Shown: positions 34,289 through 47,836, counted from the whole stretch's first letter. The stretch is DNA of 61,463 nucleotides, filler included, from Hausera hauseri (GCA_046269625.1; 11 parts of 11 records of this genome joined end to end with filler, not necessarily neighbours in it), one strand, 5' to 3'. The notes: a model not told the origin generated them from the sequence alone. Translations and numbers: made by a program.

Positions 34289-37200
34289 TTACAGTGCTAC
34301 ATGTCCATGAGGTAGTGTATAGACTCCATCGCTCAGGATCTTCAGATTATCGTCCATCCAATCTAGGCTCTTCTTGTGCAGTTCTACTATTTCGATAATA
34401 TGATCCCTAGATTGGATCCGCCGCATTTTCGGTATTATGTGAGTATGCTCCTGCAGAACTCTAACATAGTCCGCAAACAAAATCTTTTTGCCAATGTATT
34501 TCTTTGAACACCATTTGCTCTCTTTTTGATTTGGCCACATACATCGAGAGCGTACATTTTTGATTTGAGAGCCACCAATCGAATGATGATCTTTCCATTC
34601 ACCTCGTTTTTGAATTTCCTGAGGACTTTCTTGTTGGTACTAGAATAATTAGGTTGATCCTTAGGATAATCTGAGGTATCCATGTGCTGAGCCAATTGGG
34701 AAAAATCCTCATACATGTCCTAAGTATGGATCTGATAGATATAACTGTCAGTGTCCATGTACATCATCTGTATGAACTTGAATGTTGGTACCATTATATC
34801 ATGATGGAAGTGGTATATTAGGGATTTTGATAGGTCCAATATTGCCATACCCACATATATGGGCTTGCTGAATACTAGTGATGCTTTTAGCATATGGACG
34901 TCTACCAAATTCTCAGAATATATGGTGCTGCTATGAAAGTTAGGCCTTAAAATAAGCTTCTTTGCCCGCTTCCAGTAACACAATAGCTCGACGTTGATCC
35001 TGTTGCGGATATTCTTTATCGTCTTGCCCAAAACGCTGTTATTATACAGCTTAAATTGATCTTTCTCGAAATAGTTTTTGGTATTTGTTCGCAATTTACT
35101 ATTTAGGTCAATGTAGGACTGCAGCCACATGGACTGGCTGAACTAAATGGCTCTGTGAATCTCGGTAATGTGGAGTCCATGTTTAACTGCCTGCTGGAGA
35201 TTGATGTAGTGAACTATTCCTATTACCCAAATAACAGAGCAACTTTCGCTGCTTTCCATGGGGCGGTAACCTGCTTTCAGGGAGGAAAGGCAGCTGTTGA
35301 TGCCTTGTGTGGATAAAAGCCGGATATTTCATATTTACTTCCAGCATGTAGCCCGTATCTCCAGTGGGATGTAGATCCATGAGATGATAAATCTATGTAG
35401 ATCCATGTTGAGTCGTATTGAGCCATATACTTGTTGTTGGCCTCACTATACCGGTGAATGCTTGGCATATTCCCCCTCTAATGCCTCTTTCGATCATAAA
35501 GATCATGTCGTAATCCTTAATGATTTGCAGCCTAATACCGGTATAGAGCAGAATTGCTGCCCAGTTTATCTCTGGAGCCGTGAAGAAATAAGCCGGATCC
35601 AAAATATGGCTCTTCATTGTGACATCCCTGAAACTTTCAAAGACATCTGTCAGCAGCAGTACATCGGTTTGGAGATATATATCACTATATTCCCCTAATG
35701 TCCTGTATTAGAATGCCTGCCAGACGTTCTGAGCATGCTGGTAGTTTTCATCATTGATATCGCAGTCCGACAGCTGGCTGTAAAAGTCCTTCTTGGTCGG
35801 CAATGAGGACTCATCCAGTGTTTCCCATGATGTTATATAGTCATAGGGAAACACCCCTTTCCTTTTAAGCAGGTCAAAAATACCCGGAAAGAATCGCTTC
35901 GTTTCCTTGAGTTCTTCGGCAGGCAGGTTCTTCACTAAACTGTCCAGTGACAACGACATGAATCGGAAACTATCGATGAAGCGAAATCGGATTTTACCAA
36001 CATGTTTGGTGAATGTGATATATTTCTCCTTACTGTTGGGGATCACATCTATATTGCCATCAATGTTGCCTAATTCTCGGACTATGAAGTGGATGTCATA
36101 GCCGCTGAAATTATGAAACACTACAGGCACATATTTGCATGTTTTGCAACGAAGATTGCAGTTGTTACATACTGCGCCCCGATATTCACCTGTAAAATGG
36201 CAGTGATCCTTGACTTTCCAATTTTCATTGATGAAGGACTTGTCGCACAAGTAGCATGATGCTGCCTTGCGCCATTCTTCTTCTTGCATCCAAGACATGT
36301 TCATGTCGTACTTATGTTGCTGCAGCATGTTTTCAAGCTTATCAGCTATATCTTTAAGTCTCTTCATGACATGTGCTGCTGCACCTGAACACCTGAATAA
36401 ATATGGTTCACTGTCCAATCCTTTAGCATACAATAAATACAATGATAATTTATGATATTGATATGCTGTTGTACTGCTATATTGAGGACTGAGACTGCAT
36501 GTGTGAACTGGCCTGAGAATAGCCTCAAAGTCTCAATAAACGACAACTGGGACCTTGATCTTCTTCTCAAATTCCTTAAATTCGATATAGTCCTCTTTGG
36601 GAAATTCTGGATTTACACAATAATTGTTGTTACAATACATTTTATGCTCCCTCAACTTCTCCACAGCTAACTTACCGCTGAAATGGGATAAACATCTTTT
36701 GCATATTTCCATTCCGTGTTTATGCTTTGTTATTTGGGATCTGACTAAACGTCTAAAGTTCTTTATCCAAACATAATGTTTCTTATCACCATCGTCTAGT
36801 AGGAGCAAATCCCTATGATCTTCCAATTCAGCATCACATATTTGTAAGGGGTAGAATTTGTCCTCCTCATCCAATCCGAAGATATTGATGGACATATTGT
36901 TGATGTGGCTGAACTTCTTGATTTCATCTATGGATGGAGGGAATGTGATACACTGAAAGTCATAGTTGTGTTGGAAATCATTATATAGCCAAATTCGACT
37001 TGCTGCATGTTTTTGATCCCGTATGAGTTTACATAAAATGGCACACATGAAGCACTTGTCATTATTATGGACACTGATTCAAGCATTTTTCTGCTGACTC
37101 CATTCCCGAAGCTGTATATATGAACTGCCTTGCATGGAGGAGTATCTGTGTACATATATAATCAGTCTCTTGATGGTTGCCAGAGCCCATCCACTCTTCT

Positions 37201-38073
37201 TATCCAGGCTCTCATCGACTTCACGGATCAGCTTCGTATGCTCTTCATGCAGCCATTCAGCTATATTTGTATTTTTCAATATGGGCCTATTTTTGGTATT
37301 GAGAGCCCTACTTGATTCTTCAGCATCGACATTGACGTATGCGGCCTCAAGTTTCATAGTAACCTTAAGGGCCTTGAGCTCAGTCATACTGTCCTGAAGG
37401 ATTCCCTCAGTTTCTTCCTTTACATATTCCAGGAACTCCTTGATGATTGTTTTCCCAGCTGCATCAATGACATTTTTGCGGACTTTTTTCTTTAATGCAG
37501 CAGCATCAACTGGACGCTGTCTTTGGCTTTTTGGCGCAGCCGCTACGCTTGTTGAGCCTGAGGCATCTTATGGATCTGATAAGCGTTTTAATCGTGAATC
37601 TCGATGTACTACTGCAGGCTGTACTACTGCAGACTGTACTGCTGCATCTCGCTGTACTGTGGACTGTACAACTGGCCTATGTTCATTAAATATGATCTTC
37701 TTGGACTTTAATGCGAATTCAGTAAAAAAATGCTTGTGATCTTCATAGAACTGTATGTATTGTCTATCACATACAATCTCACATCCTGGGCAAATATAAT
37801 AGAGGATTCTACTGAATTTGTGGCCATAATAGCTCCTCATAGTATTGTGACAATACTCAGGGCTACGTATTGTACATGTGCAATAAACATATGAACTGCA
37901 CATTTGGTTTTCTTTTGGCACGAAAGACGTTATTGGCATATTGGTACTGAATATTTGTTTTTACGACTTGGCGAAGGAAATCAAGTGTGTTTATAGACAT
38001 TGTAGAATTCCTCATACCCTGTCCTGCACACTACCTCACATGTAGGGCATATATAATATTGAATCTTGCTGAA
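34289..38073 (-). pseudogene. Maverick/Polinton pPolB, family B, near full length, decayed
   Basis: KSGWAL, GSSYI, DHCHFTGEYRGAVCNNCN, FIDSFRFM, RKGVFPYDY, ERGIRGG, KLYNNSVLGK, YMDTDSYI, MDTSDYP, KSKMYA. Confidence 0.93.
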
Positions 38074-38173
38074 NNNNNNNNNNNNNNNNNNNNNNNNNNN
38101 NNNNNNNNNNNNNNNNNTTAATTAATTAANNNNNNNNNNNNNNNNNNNNNNNNNNNNNNNNNNNNNNNNNNNN
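38074..38173. other. Artificial contig linker
   Basis: Same 100-bp linker. Confidence 0.98.
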
Positions 38174-41143
38174 GTGAAGATCATTCATGCCGACACCTGC
38201 AGCTCTGAAGCAGTCTCTGGCAGTAGTGAATGTAAAAAATACTGATGACGAATACTGTTTCATTTACAGTATTCTGGCCGTGTTAAAATATGACCACGTG
38301 GATAGATATAGTGCATATCGTCCAAATCAGCATCGGCAGTATTTTTCCGAATTAGACTCTGATGAATGTTGGATGCCGATGAAATTGAAAACCATTCCGG
38401 CTTTTGAACGGCGTAACCGGACACTGTCAATTAACGTGTTCTGGTACAACACAGTCGTAGAAATACCGGAAGACGAAGAGATTTACAAGAATTCTCATGT
38501 TGACGTAATCCATAGAAGTCGGAACCCGAATGGACGCCAAATAAATTTGTTACTCTTAGAGAAAAAGGATGGGGAAAATTTCCATTACGTGGCCGTAACA
38601 GATTTGGACAGATTGTTGAACATGGAACATGACCAGTTTATCAAAAAACAAATACGATGCAAATGGTGTCCTGTGTGTCTGCACGGTTTCAGATCACAAA
38701 CAACATGGGAGAAACATGTGACGTTGTGTACACAAAATGCAAACAGGAACAACAATGTATGTCACGCCAGTAAAAAAGAGCTGAGGTTCAATGACTGGTC
38801 GAAAACTGACAGTCCGGCATACGTTGTATATGCTGATATTGAGACAATCCTACCATAGCACAACGTATATGATCAAAAACCTATTCCAATTGCCGTCGGC
38901 ATGCTGATTGTTCCAATAAAAGCTGCGGGTTAACCGCAATATTTTGTTTTTCATAGCTGGAAGTGAATATGCTATTTCTTGAATCAGTTGGAAACAATAG
39001 TAAAAACGGAAGTCGCACCCTGGTACAGTAGAAATAGCAATATAACATTGATGTGGACAGATGAAGATGAACGTCTGTCGTTTTCAGCCACCGACGAATG
39101 TTACCCGTGCCACAAACTATTACCGTTCAATGCACAGGAATGGCTCGTAGCGGATCACGATTTTTTACCGGTCGATATTTTGGAGCAGCATACAATTCGT
39201 GCAATTTTGCAAGGCGTGTTTGGCCATTCCTGCCGGTGATTTTTCATACCTTCCGGGGTTATGATTGTCACCATATTTTAAAATGGACCATAAACGGATT
39301 TCCACACTGGGAATTATCCATAATTCCAACATTGATGGAGAAGTACCTGTCCCTATCGGCACGATTAAACCGGTTCCAGATACGGTTTCTTGACTCATTG
39401 CAGTTTCTCAATGAGTCTCTAGAAAAGCTGGTAAATGCCTTGCCAGATGTGCCGCTAACATTGACTCAGTTCCCCATACATATTGCACATAGCAAAGGCA
39501 TATTCCTATATGACTTTCCGATATTGCACGAGCGGCTTCAGACAAAAGATAAATTGCCGCCACAATGACCCGGTATCACAGAAGAAGAATATCACAAAGC
39601 ACAGGAAGCGCGCACAGAGCTCGGCTGCAAAACATGTTGGAGTACATGCTCCAGTACCTGTAACTGGACGTGTGTTTGTTAGCCGATGTGTTCCACGCGT
39701 TTGGAGCGAAAGCGTTGGTGGGACATAGACTGGAGCCACTCAACTTTTACTTCATACCGGGAATGAGTTGGGCATCGACACTGATGCGCTGGACAGGGAA
39801 ATTGAGCCGTTGCAAGACCCGGAAATGTACCAACTATTTAATGTTGGTATTCGTGGCGGCATGATATTTGCCATCAAGCATCACGTAACCAATGATGATG
39901 ATGATGCAATGTCAATGTTTTACATCGATATTAATACCTTGTACGGCTGGGCTCTTTCGCAACCCTTGCCGTACAGTTCATTTGAATGGATAATGAACAA
40001 ACAAGAACTGGATACATTGCTGGACAGTCTGCCAGCAGCAAACACGAAAGACAGCAGCTCAGTTGGCTACCTAATGAATGTCGATCTTTTGGTACCATAT
40101 GAGGTACATGACGCTCTGGAAGAATTATTCATGGCACCAATCAGCCAATGTCCGCCCGGCTCAAAAGTAAAGAAACTGCTTATGGCGCATAAACCCAAAT
40201 CGAATTACATGGTTCAGCGGCGTGTACTGCAGTTTTACATGCAGCTAGGTGTATGCGTCACACAGCTGCATCGTGCAATCCGCTTTAATCAGGCGCCGAT
40301 ATTCAAGGCGTACATTTATGGAAATTCAAAGAAACGAGCCGCAACTTGAAAATGACTATTACAAGCTCAAAAACATTCACTGTACCGGAAAACAGTGGAG
40401 AATTTGAAGAAGCGACTCAATGTGCTCCTGTGCAGCGACGAAAAACGACTAGATACGTACAGCAGCAAGGCTCATTTCAGGCGGTCCATGCACATTACAA
40501 ATGGATTGGTTGCGGTGCTGTTAAACCGGGAAGAAGTCGTTCTGGACCAGCCAAGTTACATGGGACAAGTGTATTGCACCTGAGCAAGTTGCGAATGTAC
40601 GAGCTTTAGTATCGCGACTTGGCACGTTACTGGAACATGTTCGACGTTTGTGAGATCAGTATCGTTGCCGGTGACACAGACAGATTTTTTCTTAAGCTTA
40701 AAAACATAAATCAAGATTACCTGCTCCGACAAATGATGTCAGAATGACTACTGGCCACGTCCAACTACCCGCAGAACCATCCTCTGTACAGCAGCGCGAT
40801 AACAAACAAACTTGGCTGCTTCAAGGACGAAAGTGAAGCCAGAGTTCGATATAGGGATTGGATATCTTTGCGCCCAAATTGCTACAGTCTTCTGACGGAC
40901 TGTGGGCTGAAAATGCGGGCAAAAGACATTCAGCTGAAACAGACGGAAACAAATCAGTGTAATATCGCCGTGTCTATGATGGACAAGAAGAAGGAAAGGC
41001 TGTTGTGTCGCAAACAACCATACGATCGATTGAGCACCAGCTGTATACCATTACAAATAAAAATGTTGCTTTGTAATGCAACGATGACAAGCGAAAGTGG
41101 GTGGGGCGAAATAAGAGTTGGGCGTATGGGCATTGGCGGTTGA
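38174..41143 (+). pseudogene. Maverick/Polinton pPolB, family A, decayed (5'-partial)
   Basis: NVKNTDDEYCF, CPVCLHGF...WEKH..LC, YADIE, FTGRYFGAAYNSCN, FLDSLQFL, GIRGG, YIDINTLYGWALS, VAGDTD, CFKDE. Confidence 0.92.
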
Positions 41144-41374
41144 AGTAAAGCGCATGCATAGTCAGACAGCTCAGATAAAGACAGTTAGACCAGTACAATT
41201 TATAAACTATGACACTTGCTGTTATTTGACTTTGTGAATAATGTATATTTGTTCCACATATTTTGTTTTGTCTTTTTAATTTAACGTATTATTTTGTAAG
41301 GTATTTAATAAAAATAAAGAATTAAGAGAAAAGTAAAATCAATAATTTATGAATCACAAAACACAAAAGGCAAG

Positions 41375-41837
41375 TCAAATCAAACTAAATTTGCCCAATT
41401 TCCACATGGGATATTTCACGCCACACAGTTCTTTATAGCCTTTCAATTTCAGCGTCAGACAGCCTTTAGCACCTTCGGATGGCAACGTCGTCGTTTCTGT
41501 TGCTGTTGTTTTGTCACCACTTGAACGGTTAATCTTTTTCATATTGCCCTTGAGAAAATGAAATTGTGTCCCGAATATCATTGGACAACACCAAACCACT
41601 ATCCACGTCTTTCAGCGTACGTTCCATTGTGTCCAAATCACTGTCGCTGATTTTCTTTGCACAAAAACCGTATTTCGTCGATTGCGCCAATGACAATTGA
41701 ATGGGCGTTCGTAGGTAGTTCAATTTGTAGCCACTGTACAACCGAGACAGTCTGAATGAATATTGATTGTATCATGGTTTACTTGCCGCAGCAGCTGCAG
41801 TAGCATCACTGAATTTGGATGATTCACTAAAATTCAT
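41375..41837 (-). pseudogene. Homolog of the 31903-32370 gene, frameshifted
   Basis: ORFs 41529-41741 and 41375-41599 together align with the 155-aa ORF. ATG at 41837; one internal stop. Confidence 0.75.
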
Positions 41838-42042
41838 TGTTGTTTTGTAGCGGCAGAGAAAGAGAGGCGGAGTGAAATGAAATTTACACGTCTATAAATA
41901 CATGCCACGTTGGTTGAAACTGTTTTTTATATAATACACGCTGCACGCTGGAAAATGGCCAATGAGGGTTTTGTTAAAATTACATATAAACTTAGTAAAA
42001 AGAAATGAGACTAAATAATACTACAAATATTTATTGACACAA

Positions 42043-42662
42043 TTACAAATATTCGTTTGCAAAATCACGCATAGCAGCAATCATATGCATTTGACGAGTG
42101 CTTAAATCGTAGAATTGCTCTATAAGAGTCAAAAGCCGTTGTTTTCGTGCAGCCTCCAGCTGTTTAATTTATGTGTTTGGCTGTGTCAATAATGTGGTTG
42201 TTGTTGTTGTTGGTAAAAGTTCCAATAAATCAAATTTTATAATTAACGTATCGTCATTATCCAGGAGAAGTGATTGTAATTTTATTAATGAAATAAATTT
42301 GGGAAGTCCACTTGCAATGTTGCATTCGTCTTGTGGATTCATGTAACATACTGATCGTAAATCCGTTTTCAATTTGTCAGAGCAGATAACCTTGCCCCGA
42401 TTGTTCAGTAACGACATTTGAATCACTGCACGAAACGGCCCATATAACGAATCATCATGTTCACCTTGACAATTGCAAAGAAAACTGATAAATGCGTACG
42501 TCTTCCGATTCCATCGCCGTCCAGACAAACTATAATACAGAAATTGTACTGCTGCAAAAGGAATGAATCACCAGTTACTACTACTGCATCACTACTCGTT
42601 TTCTGATCTGAGGAATTTTCTAATTTCCAAGTGAAGGAGAAACTAGTTGTTACGGTATTCAT
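42043..42662 (-). pseudogene. Intronless solo TRAF-type MATH (TRAF-C) domain gene with a short helical C-terminal extension
   Basis: FTWKL...CLDGDGIGRRTHLSVFFAIVK / GEHDDSLYGPF...LLN...NIASGLPKF...DDTLIIK is the TRAF-C signature. One frameshift at ~42466. An in-frame stop at 42169 is followed by 41 more open codons. Confidence 0.85.
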
Positions 42663-42735
42663 AACTTTTAAAATAAATAAAAATGCTTGTACAGCAAATT
42701 AAACACTTGTTTCTGACTGATGGTGCAGCATTTCA

Positions 42736-43011
<276 letters not shown>

Positions 43012-43145
43012 TCACACTGATGTAAATGGTTGAAAGCCCCAACAAATTATCTACTAAATCAAGAACTTGGCTCTCAGAGTGCCATCATTTGACACAATTA
43101 GCTTCAGGGTAAATTCTAAATAATTGAATTGCTCTGTGTTACTGT

Positions 43146-43245
43146 NNNNNNNNNNNNNNNNNNNNNNNNNNNNNNNNNNNNNNNNNNNNTTAATTAATTA
43201 ANNNNNNNNNNNNNNNNNNNNNNNNNNNNNNNNNNNNNNNNNNNN
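43146..43245. other. Artificial contig linker
   Basis: Same 100-bp linker. Confidence 0.98.
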
Positions 43246-44610
43246 AAGATAATTGCACCTCGAGTTAGAATTAAGGATACTTTTCCCGACGTTACTGGCA
43301 TTACTAAACCCCAACTCGAAAAAGGAAAAGATTTTTTGGAAATACAAGAAGATATCAGCCACTGTTTATATGGATACGTTGTTACTGGATTCCGAGTCCA
43401 CGAAGCACTAGAAAGATTAGGAATCAGACAGGAATATCTAGCCGGTATCCGAGAAATAAGCCGAAACCCCACTGTCGTGAGTCAAGTAGAAAACACCTTA
43501 ATGCGGAAAAGAAGATGTCTACTTCCCGTCTCAGCGTCGCCCGAATCGCAATTCAAGATGATGCTCGAAGCCACGAATGGCGAAGGATTCAAATTCCCGA
43601 AATTAATGAAGGCGAGTCAAGGAACCAAATATATTAAGAATGTTTATGACCATTTACGATGGGATCATGAATGGAAACCTAGAGATCCTATACAGAATGC
43701 GATGTCTGATAATAACTCCAAATCACTGATACAGAAATTTCGGAAGGGATTTAGTGAATATCCCGGTTATCGGAAAATAGAAAATCAAGGCACAAAACAA
43801 ATTCGAATAACGATACCAAATAATCCCAAAGGGAACTCGATCAGCCCGTTGGAGCCATCAACTAGTAAGGCTCGAGAAGAGCCAGAATCAAGGTCTGACA
43901 AGATGGATAACCCAAAGGGGCACAAGACAAAAATCTCTTTCCTAGAATACATTTACAAAAAGAGAAGTAAGACCAACAAAAGTCAAATCAATGAAAAAGG
44001 ATCAACAATAGATAACTCAATTTCGGAGGAACCCATAGACAATCAGAAAGGAATATCAAATCGAGAGAAAAGAAAAAGGACAGTGAAAAATCGTTGGAAA
44101 TTACAAGATTCGGGTCCTTTAAGTCAGAAGTCAATGTTCTTAGGAAGAACTGGGAGGAAGATACCCCGATTGTGGTTACAGAATTCGGTAAAGTACAAGA
44201 AAATTCTAATCATGGCTGAATATTACAGCAGAGGAAAAATCAAAGAGGCTGTATTTTATGTGTCCACCGTTCCAAGAAGAATAGTAAGTGGAAACGGATA
44301 TGCCAGAGAAGATCATACCATAGGCAGATACTTAGCCCCAATATTTCAATCAAAAAGTGGCACTAATAGGCTAACAATTCCCGTGGACACCCAAGTCAGA
44401 ATTCAGTTAAAAAGACAATATAAGAAAACTAGAATACCTGATCTGGACAAACAAGAAATAGTAGAATGGACCTTAGTAGCAGTATCTGACGATCCCAGAA
44501 AAAGTTCAGTAGACCCCAAGCAAAAGAGATTATACGGATATTTATATCACGACAGAAAAGGACTTGTGTTTGAAAGAATAGAAGTGGATGAGAATAATTG
44601 TGGACATTGA
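43246..44610 (+). CDS. Intact orphan accessory ORF in the 3' region of an LTR retrotransposon (probably 5'-partial)
   Basis: At least 424 aa, basic, with NLS-like clusters (KKRSK, REKRKR). Lies upstream of the RING ORF, PPT and LTR. No domain recognised. Confidence 0.65.
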   Translation, partial: KIIAPRVRIKDTFPDVTGITKPQLEKGKDFLEIQEDISHCLYGYVVTGFRVHEALERLGIRQEYLAGIREISRNPTVVSQVENTLMRKRRCLLPVSASPESQFKMMLEATNGEGFKFPKLMKASQGTKYIKNVYDHLRWDHEWKPRDPIQNAMSDNNSKSLIQKFRKGFSEYPGYRKIENQGTKQIRITIPNNPKGNSISPLEPSTSKAREEPESRSDKMDNPKGHKTKISFLEYIYKKRSKTNKSQINEKGSTIDNSISEEPIDNQKGISNREKRKRTVKNRWKLQDSGPLSQKSMFLGRTGRKIPRLWLQNSVKYKKILIMAEYYSRGKIKEAVFYVSTVPRRIVSGNGYAREDHTIGRYLAPIFQSKSGTNRLTIPVDTQVRIQLKRQYKKTRIPDLDKQEIVEWTLVAVSDDPRKSSVDPKQKRLYGYLYHDRKGLVFERIEVDENNCGH

Positions 44611-44998
44611 TGCTGCTGAAAAAGAAGAATGTCCTGTTTGCGATGCAAACCTATACCAAGGATTCGTAGTCTTAGATAACAAAGATTGCAGTCACAAGTA
44701 CTGTCGTTATTGCTTAGAAACGTGGACCCTGAAAAATGGGAAGACGACCTGCCCAGTATGTAGAGCCGAAGCCACAAGATTACGGTATTATTCGAACGGA
44801 GAAAATAAGAAGATAGTAGAGATATTTCCTGAAAGACCCAGTACGTCATACAATATTGACTCGCGATCCCCATCGAACGAAATAGATTCGGAAGCGGACT
44901 TACGCGGACGAATGGAACGATTACGTCAAATTCCCGGCACCTCTACTGACGCAATGGGCACATCCGAGAGTGCCGTTCAGGGAGGAGAAATGTCATAA
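44588..44998 (+). CDS. RING-finger (C3HC4) protein encoded at the 3' end of an LTR retrotransposon
   Basis: CPVC...CSHKYCRYCLETW...CPVCR. The ORF overlaps the upstream ORF by 23 nt, reads through the PPT and stops 8 nt inside the LTR. Confidence 0.82.
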   Translation: MRIIVDIDAAEKEECPVCDANLYQGFVVLDNKDCSHKYCRYCLETWTLKNGKTTCPVCRAEATRLRYYSNGENKKIVEIFPERPSTSYNIDSRSPSNEIDSEADLRGRMERLRQIPGTSTDAMGTSESAVQGGEMS

Positions 44999-45739
44999 AG
45001 TGCAACGAACTGTAGTATGTATTGAAAGTAAAACTAGAACGGAAATCAAAAACAATATGTAAATAATCCCAACTAATATGTAAATAATTACAAATCGAAT
45101 TAATTAGTTTATATAAATATTTATGTAACAAAGTTAGTTGTATCAACCGATATAAACGGAATAAATCGAAATTATATGCCAAATTGTAAATAAATAATAC
45201 GCCGAAATTGGATTAAAATGGATTGAAATCATTTTGCAAAATGTAAATAAAGGAAGTCCAATCGGTATATAAATCGGTGTTCAGAATGATCAGTGAAGTC
45301 GCTTGTGAAGCAAAATTCGTGAGAAGCTAAAGTGGTTCAGTTCAGTTTAAAGATTTCAGAATCAGTACGACGCTTCAGTTTTAAAAAGTTAACGTTCATC
45401 GTGAAGACTTATTTCATTCATTCGTGATCACAGACTGGTGTGTGGTATATTTATTTTGTATTCAATAAATTTTGTAATTTTCAAAATCTTTTATAGTTTC
45501 CGTCGCTCTTTAAGAGGGACTAGTACTAAACTAGGGTATAAAATCATTTTCTAAAATCTATAGTTAAGACTAGAGTTTGTAATTTACGCATTCACCGCAC
45601 ACAGTACCTGCAAGTTAAAATAGTGCAAACATTCTAACGAGAACGTTAAAACTTATCTGCTTAATTAAAAATATCCTAAATCGATTTCAGTAATTGTTAT
45701 AGTTGGGTGTTGGATAGGGCCCACCTTCAACTACTAACA
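44979..45739 (+). mobile_element. Polypurine tract (44979-44990) and ~750-bp 3' LTR (44991-45739)
   Basis: AGGGAGGAGAAA is immediately followed by TGTCA. Internal TATA-like and AATAAA signals. Ends ...CTACTAACA, an end shared with copies at 26358, 53102 and 58178. Confidence 0.7.
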
Positions 45740-47754
45740 TATGCATGCATAAAATGAAAATAAATATATTCCAATGGATTAACCATCATCAGTAAAATGC
45801 TTTGTTATAACAAACAAATTTTCCTTTACTTTGTCAAACTATAGCACAACGAATCCATGAAATACTATTAATTCTAAATTAATCATTAAACAGAAAAGTT
45901 TTCACAAAATCTGTTTGTTTATTTAACTATTGGACTAAACTTCATAATTCAATTTGATTCTGTAATTTGTCTTCTATTTTTATAACTTAAATTTGATATT
46001 AAAATATTGAATTTTTATATTATTTGTTTACAGTTTAATGAAATGCAGTGACAGCTTGACTTAATATAGTCGTGAACAAATTTTGTACCTTGTCAATTGG
46101 AATGTTCACCAACTCGTGTGTTGAGATGACGTGAAGTTTCGCTTAGTTATGACAATCAAATTGATAGATCAAGTTGGCTAACATTTCTTTGTAGAATCAA
46201 GATTTGTTACTTAAATAATCAATAATTTTGTTTTTTTAAATATCATTTTCAAGTCAATAAAATTAAGAATATTGGAGCCATCTGAATACGGTAATTTCAG
46301 TATATAAGTGGACTTTCTTTCATTCATTGAATTTGCCGATGGGTTTATTAGAGGGAAATTTTCATTTTAAGCATTCCCGTTGAACTCTTTCTGGGTAAAA
46401 TTTGATAGTTTTGTTCAGAATTTGCATGATAAAATTATCATGATACCCATTTACTTCTTATGTATATGCGTTCCTTCCTGTGATATTTTCAAAATTTTGT
46501 AGTTTCTACATGTTATATTGTACAATCGTCAAGAACGAAATGAAACAGTCAAATTAAAACAATTACAGTTATTTTTAAAATGAAAACATAATGCCGCAAC
46601 GAGAATAAAATAATACCACAATAAGGTAAAAATGAAAGATTACGGTCAAAAGTCATACATGTCACCTTCATGCAGGGTGAATGGCAGCATGAGACAGGAT
46701 CGATTAATCAGCTCAGCTATAATTTCAAGTGAACAACCTATGGATGTCGCGGATGTTACCCTCACGATGACATGTGCAGGACCGAGAAGACCGTAAATCC
46801 GCAACAGTTTCCATGTTGCGAGTGTTCGAGGTTAACAATGGCGTGCTCAGGAATGAACAAAACGGCGGATGGACTAAGGGAAATGTCAATCATCACAGAA
46901 CTGACAGAGTGCCCAGATAGCAATGTTGATATCCCAGCTCAATACAAATAAGACATCAAAAGAAGATTTATAGCGATTTCTACTATGGAAATACTCCGTG
47001 TCAGATCTCAGATATATAATTACAGGTGTAGATTTTTTTTCTTTGTTAAATTAAAAATTTCCCGGAAATGTTAACAGAAATGTTTGCAGAATTTATCATA
47101 CAAGAACCGGCTTTCTTCCTTTCTGGCCTTCTGTCGCGGATTCTTAGACCTGGTACTTGTTGAAGATGCGTTGACTAGGTGTATTGCAAGGTGTACATTT
47201 TGACAATACTCTCACGACAATGCACTTATATCTCTCTTTATCTACCGCTCTTTCTCTCTGTACACTTACTGACCGTGACACATGGGGCCCGGCTAATATC
47301 TACAACCGTCGATCATCTGCTTTTTCTCTGAATGTAGTCAGACCCCAACTCACATCACTTTTGATGCAGTGTTTCTTCCTCCAAGTCTTGCTAGGTCGTT
47401 CCTTGTACTCTCCTACCTTACTTGCTGAATGCAAGATTCGTCCCGCAGTGGATGGTCGAATTTCCCAACCAAACTGATTCGGTGTCGACTCAGGTTGCAT
47501 TAAAAAAAACTGTTCAGTTCCGTGCAATGAAAGAAGATATTTCCCAGTGAAATAAATGAGTAAGTTTTTCTCCCAATAAATGAATATTTTAATTTTTTCG
47601 CGTCTCTGTATATAACTTCATTGACAATCCTTTATGTTACTTAAGACGCATTCAATTTATTTCTTGTACGAATTCGTGGGCGGGGGTAGGGGTGAAAGTC
47701 AAGGGTCCTAAATTAGTTATCGTCATGCAGTCGAGGTAACAAAAAAAAAAAAAA

Positions 47755-47836
47755 AAACCACACCTGCCACTACCAAAATATAAACCACACCTGCCACTAC
47801 CAAATTATAAACCACACCTGCCACTACCAAAATATA
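47755..47836. repeat. 27-bp tandem repeat, three units, truncated by the contig end
   Basis: AAACCACACCTGCCACTACCAAAATAT with a period of exactly 27 bp, following a poly-A run. Confidence 0.9.

Noticed and set aside
12660-41143. Alternative genetic code or programmed recoding explaining the stops in pPolB
   Set aside because: All three stop types occur, mostly at different positions in different copies and alongside frameshifts and deletions, which indicates decay.
47755-47836. 27-bp repeats as a CRISPR array
   Set aside because: The units are directly adjacent with no spacers, no cas genes are present, and the context is eukaryotic.
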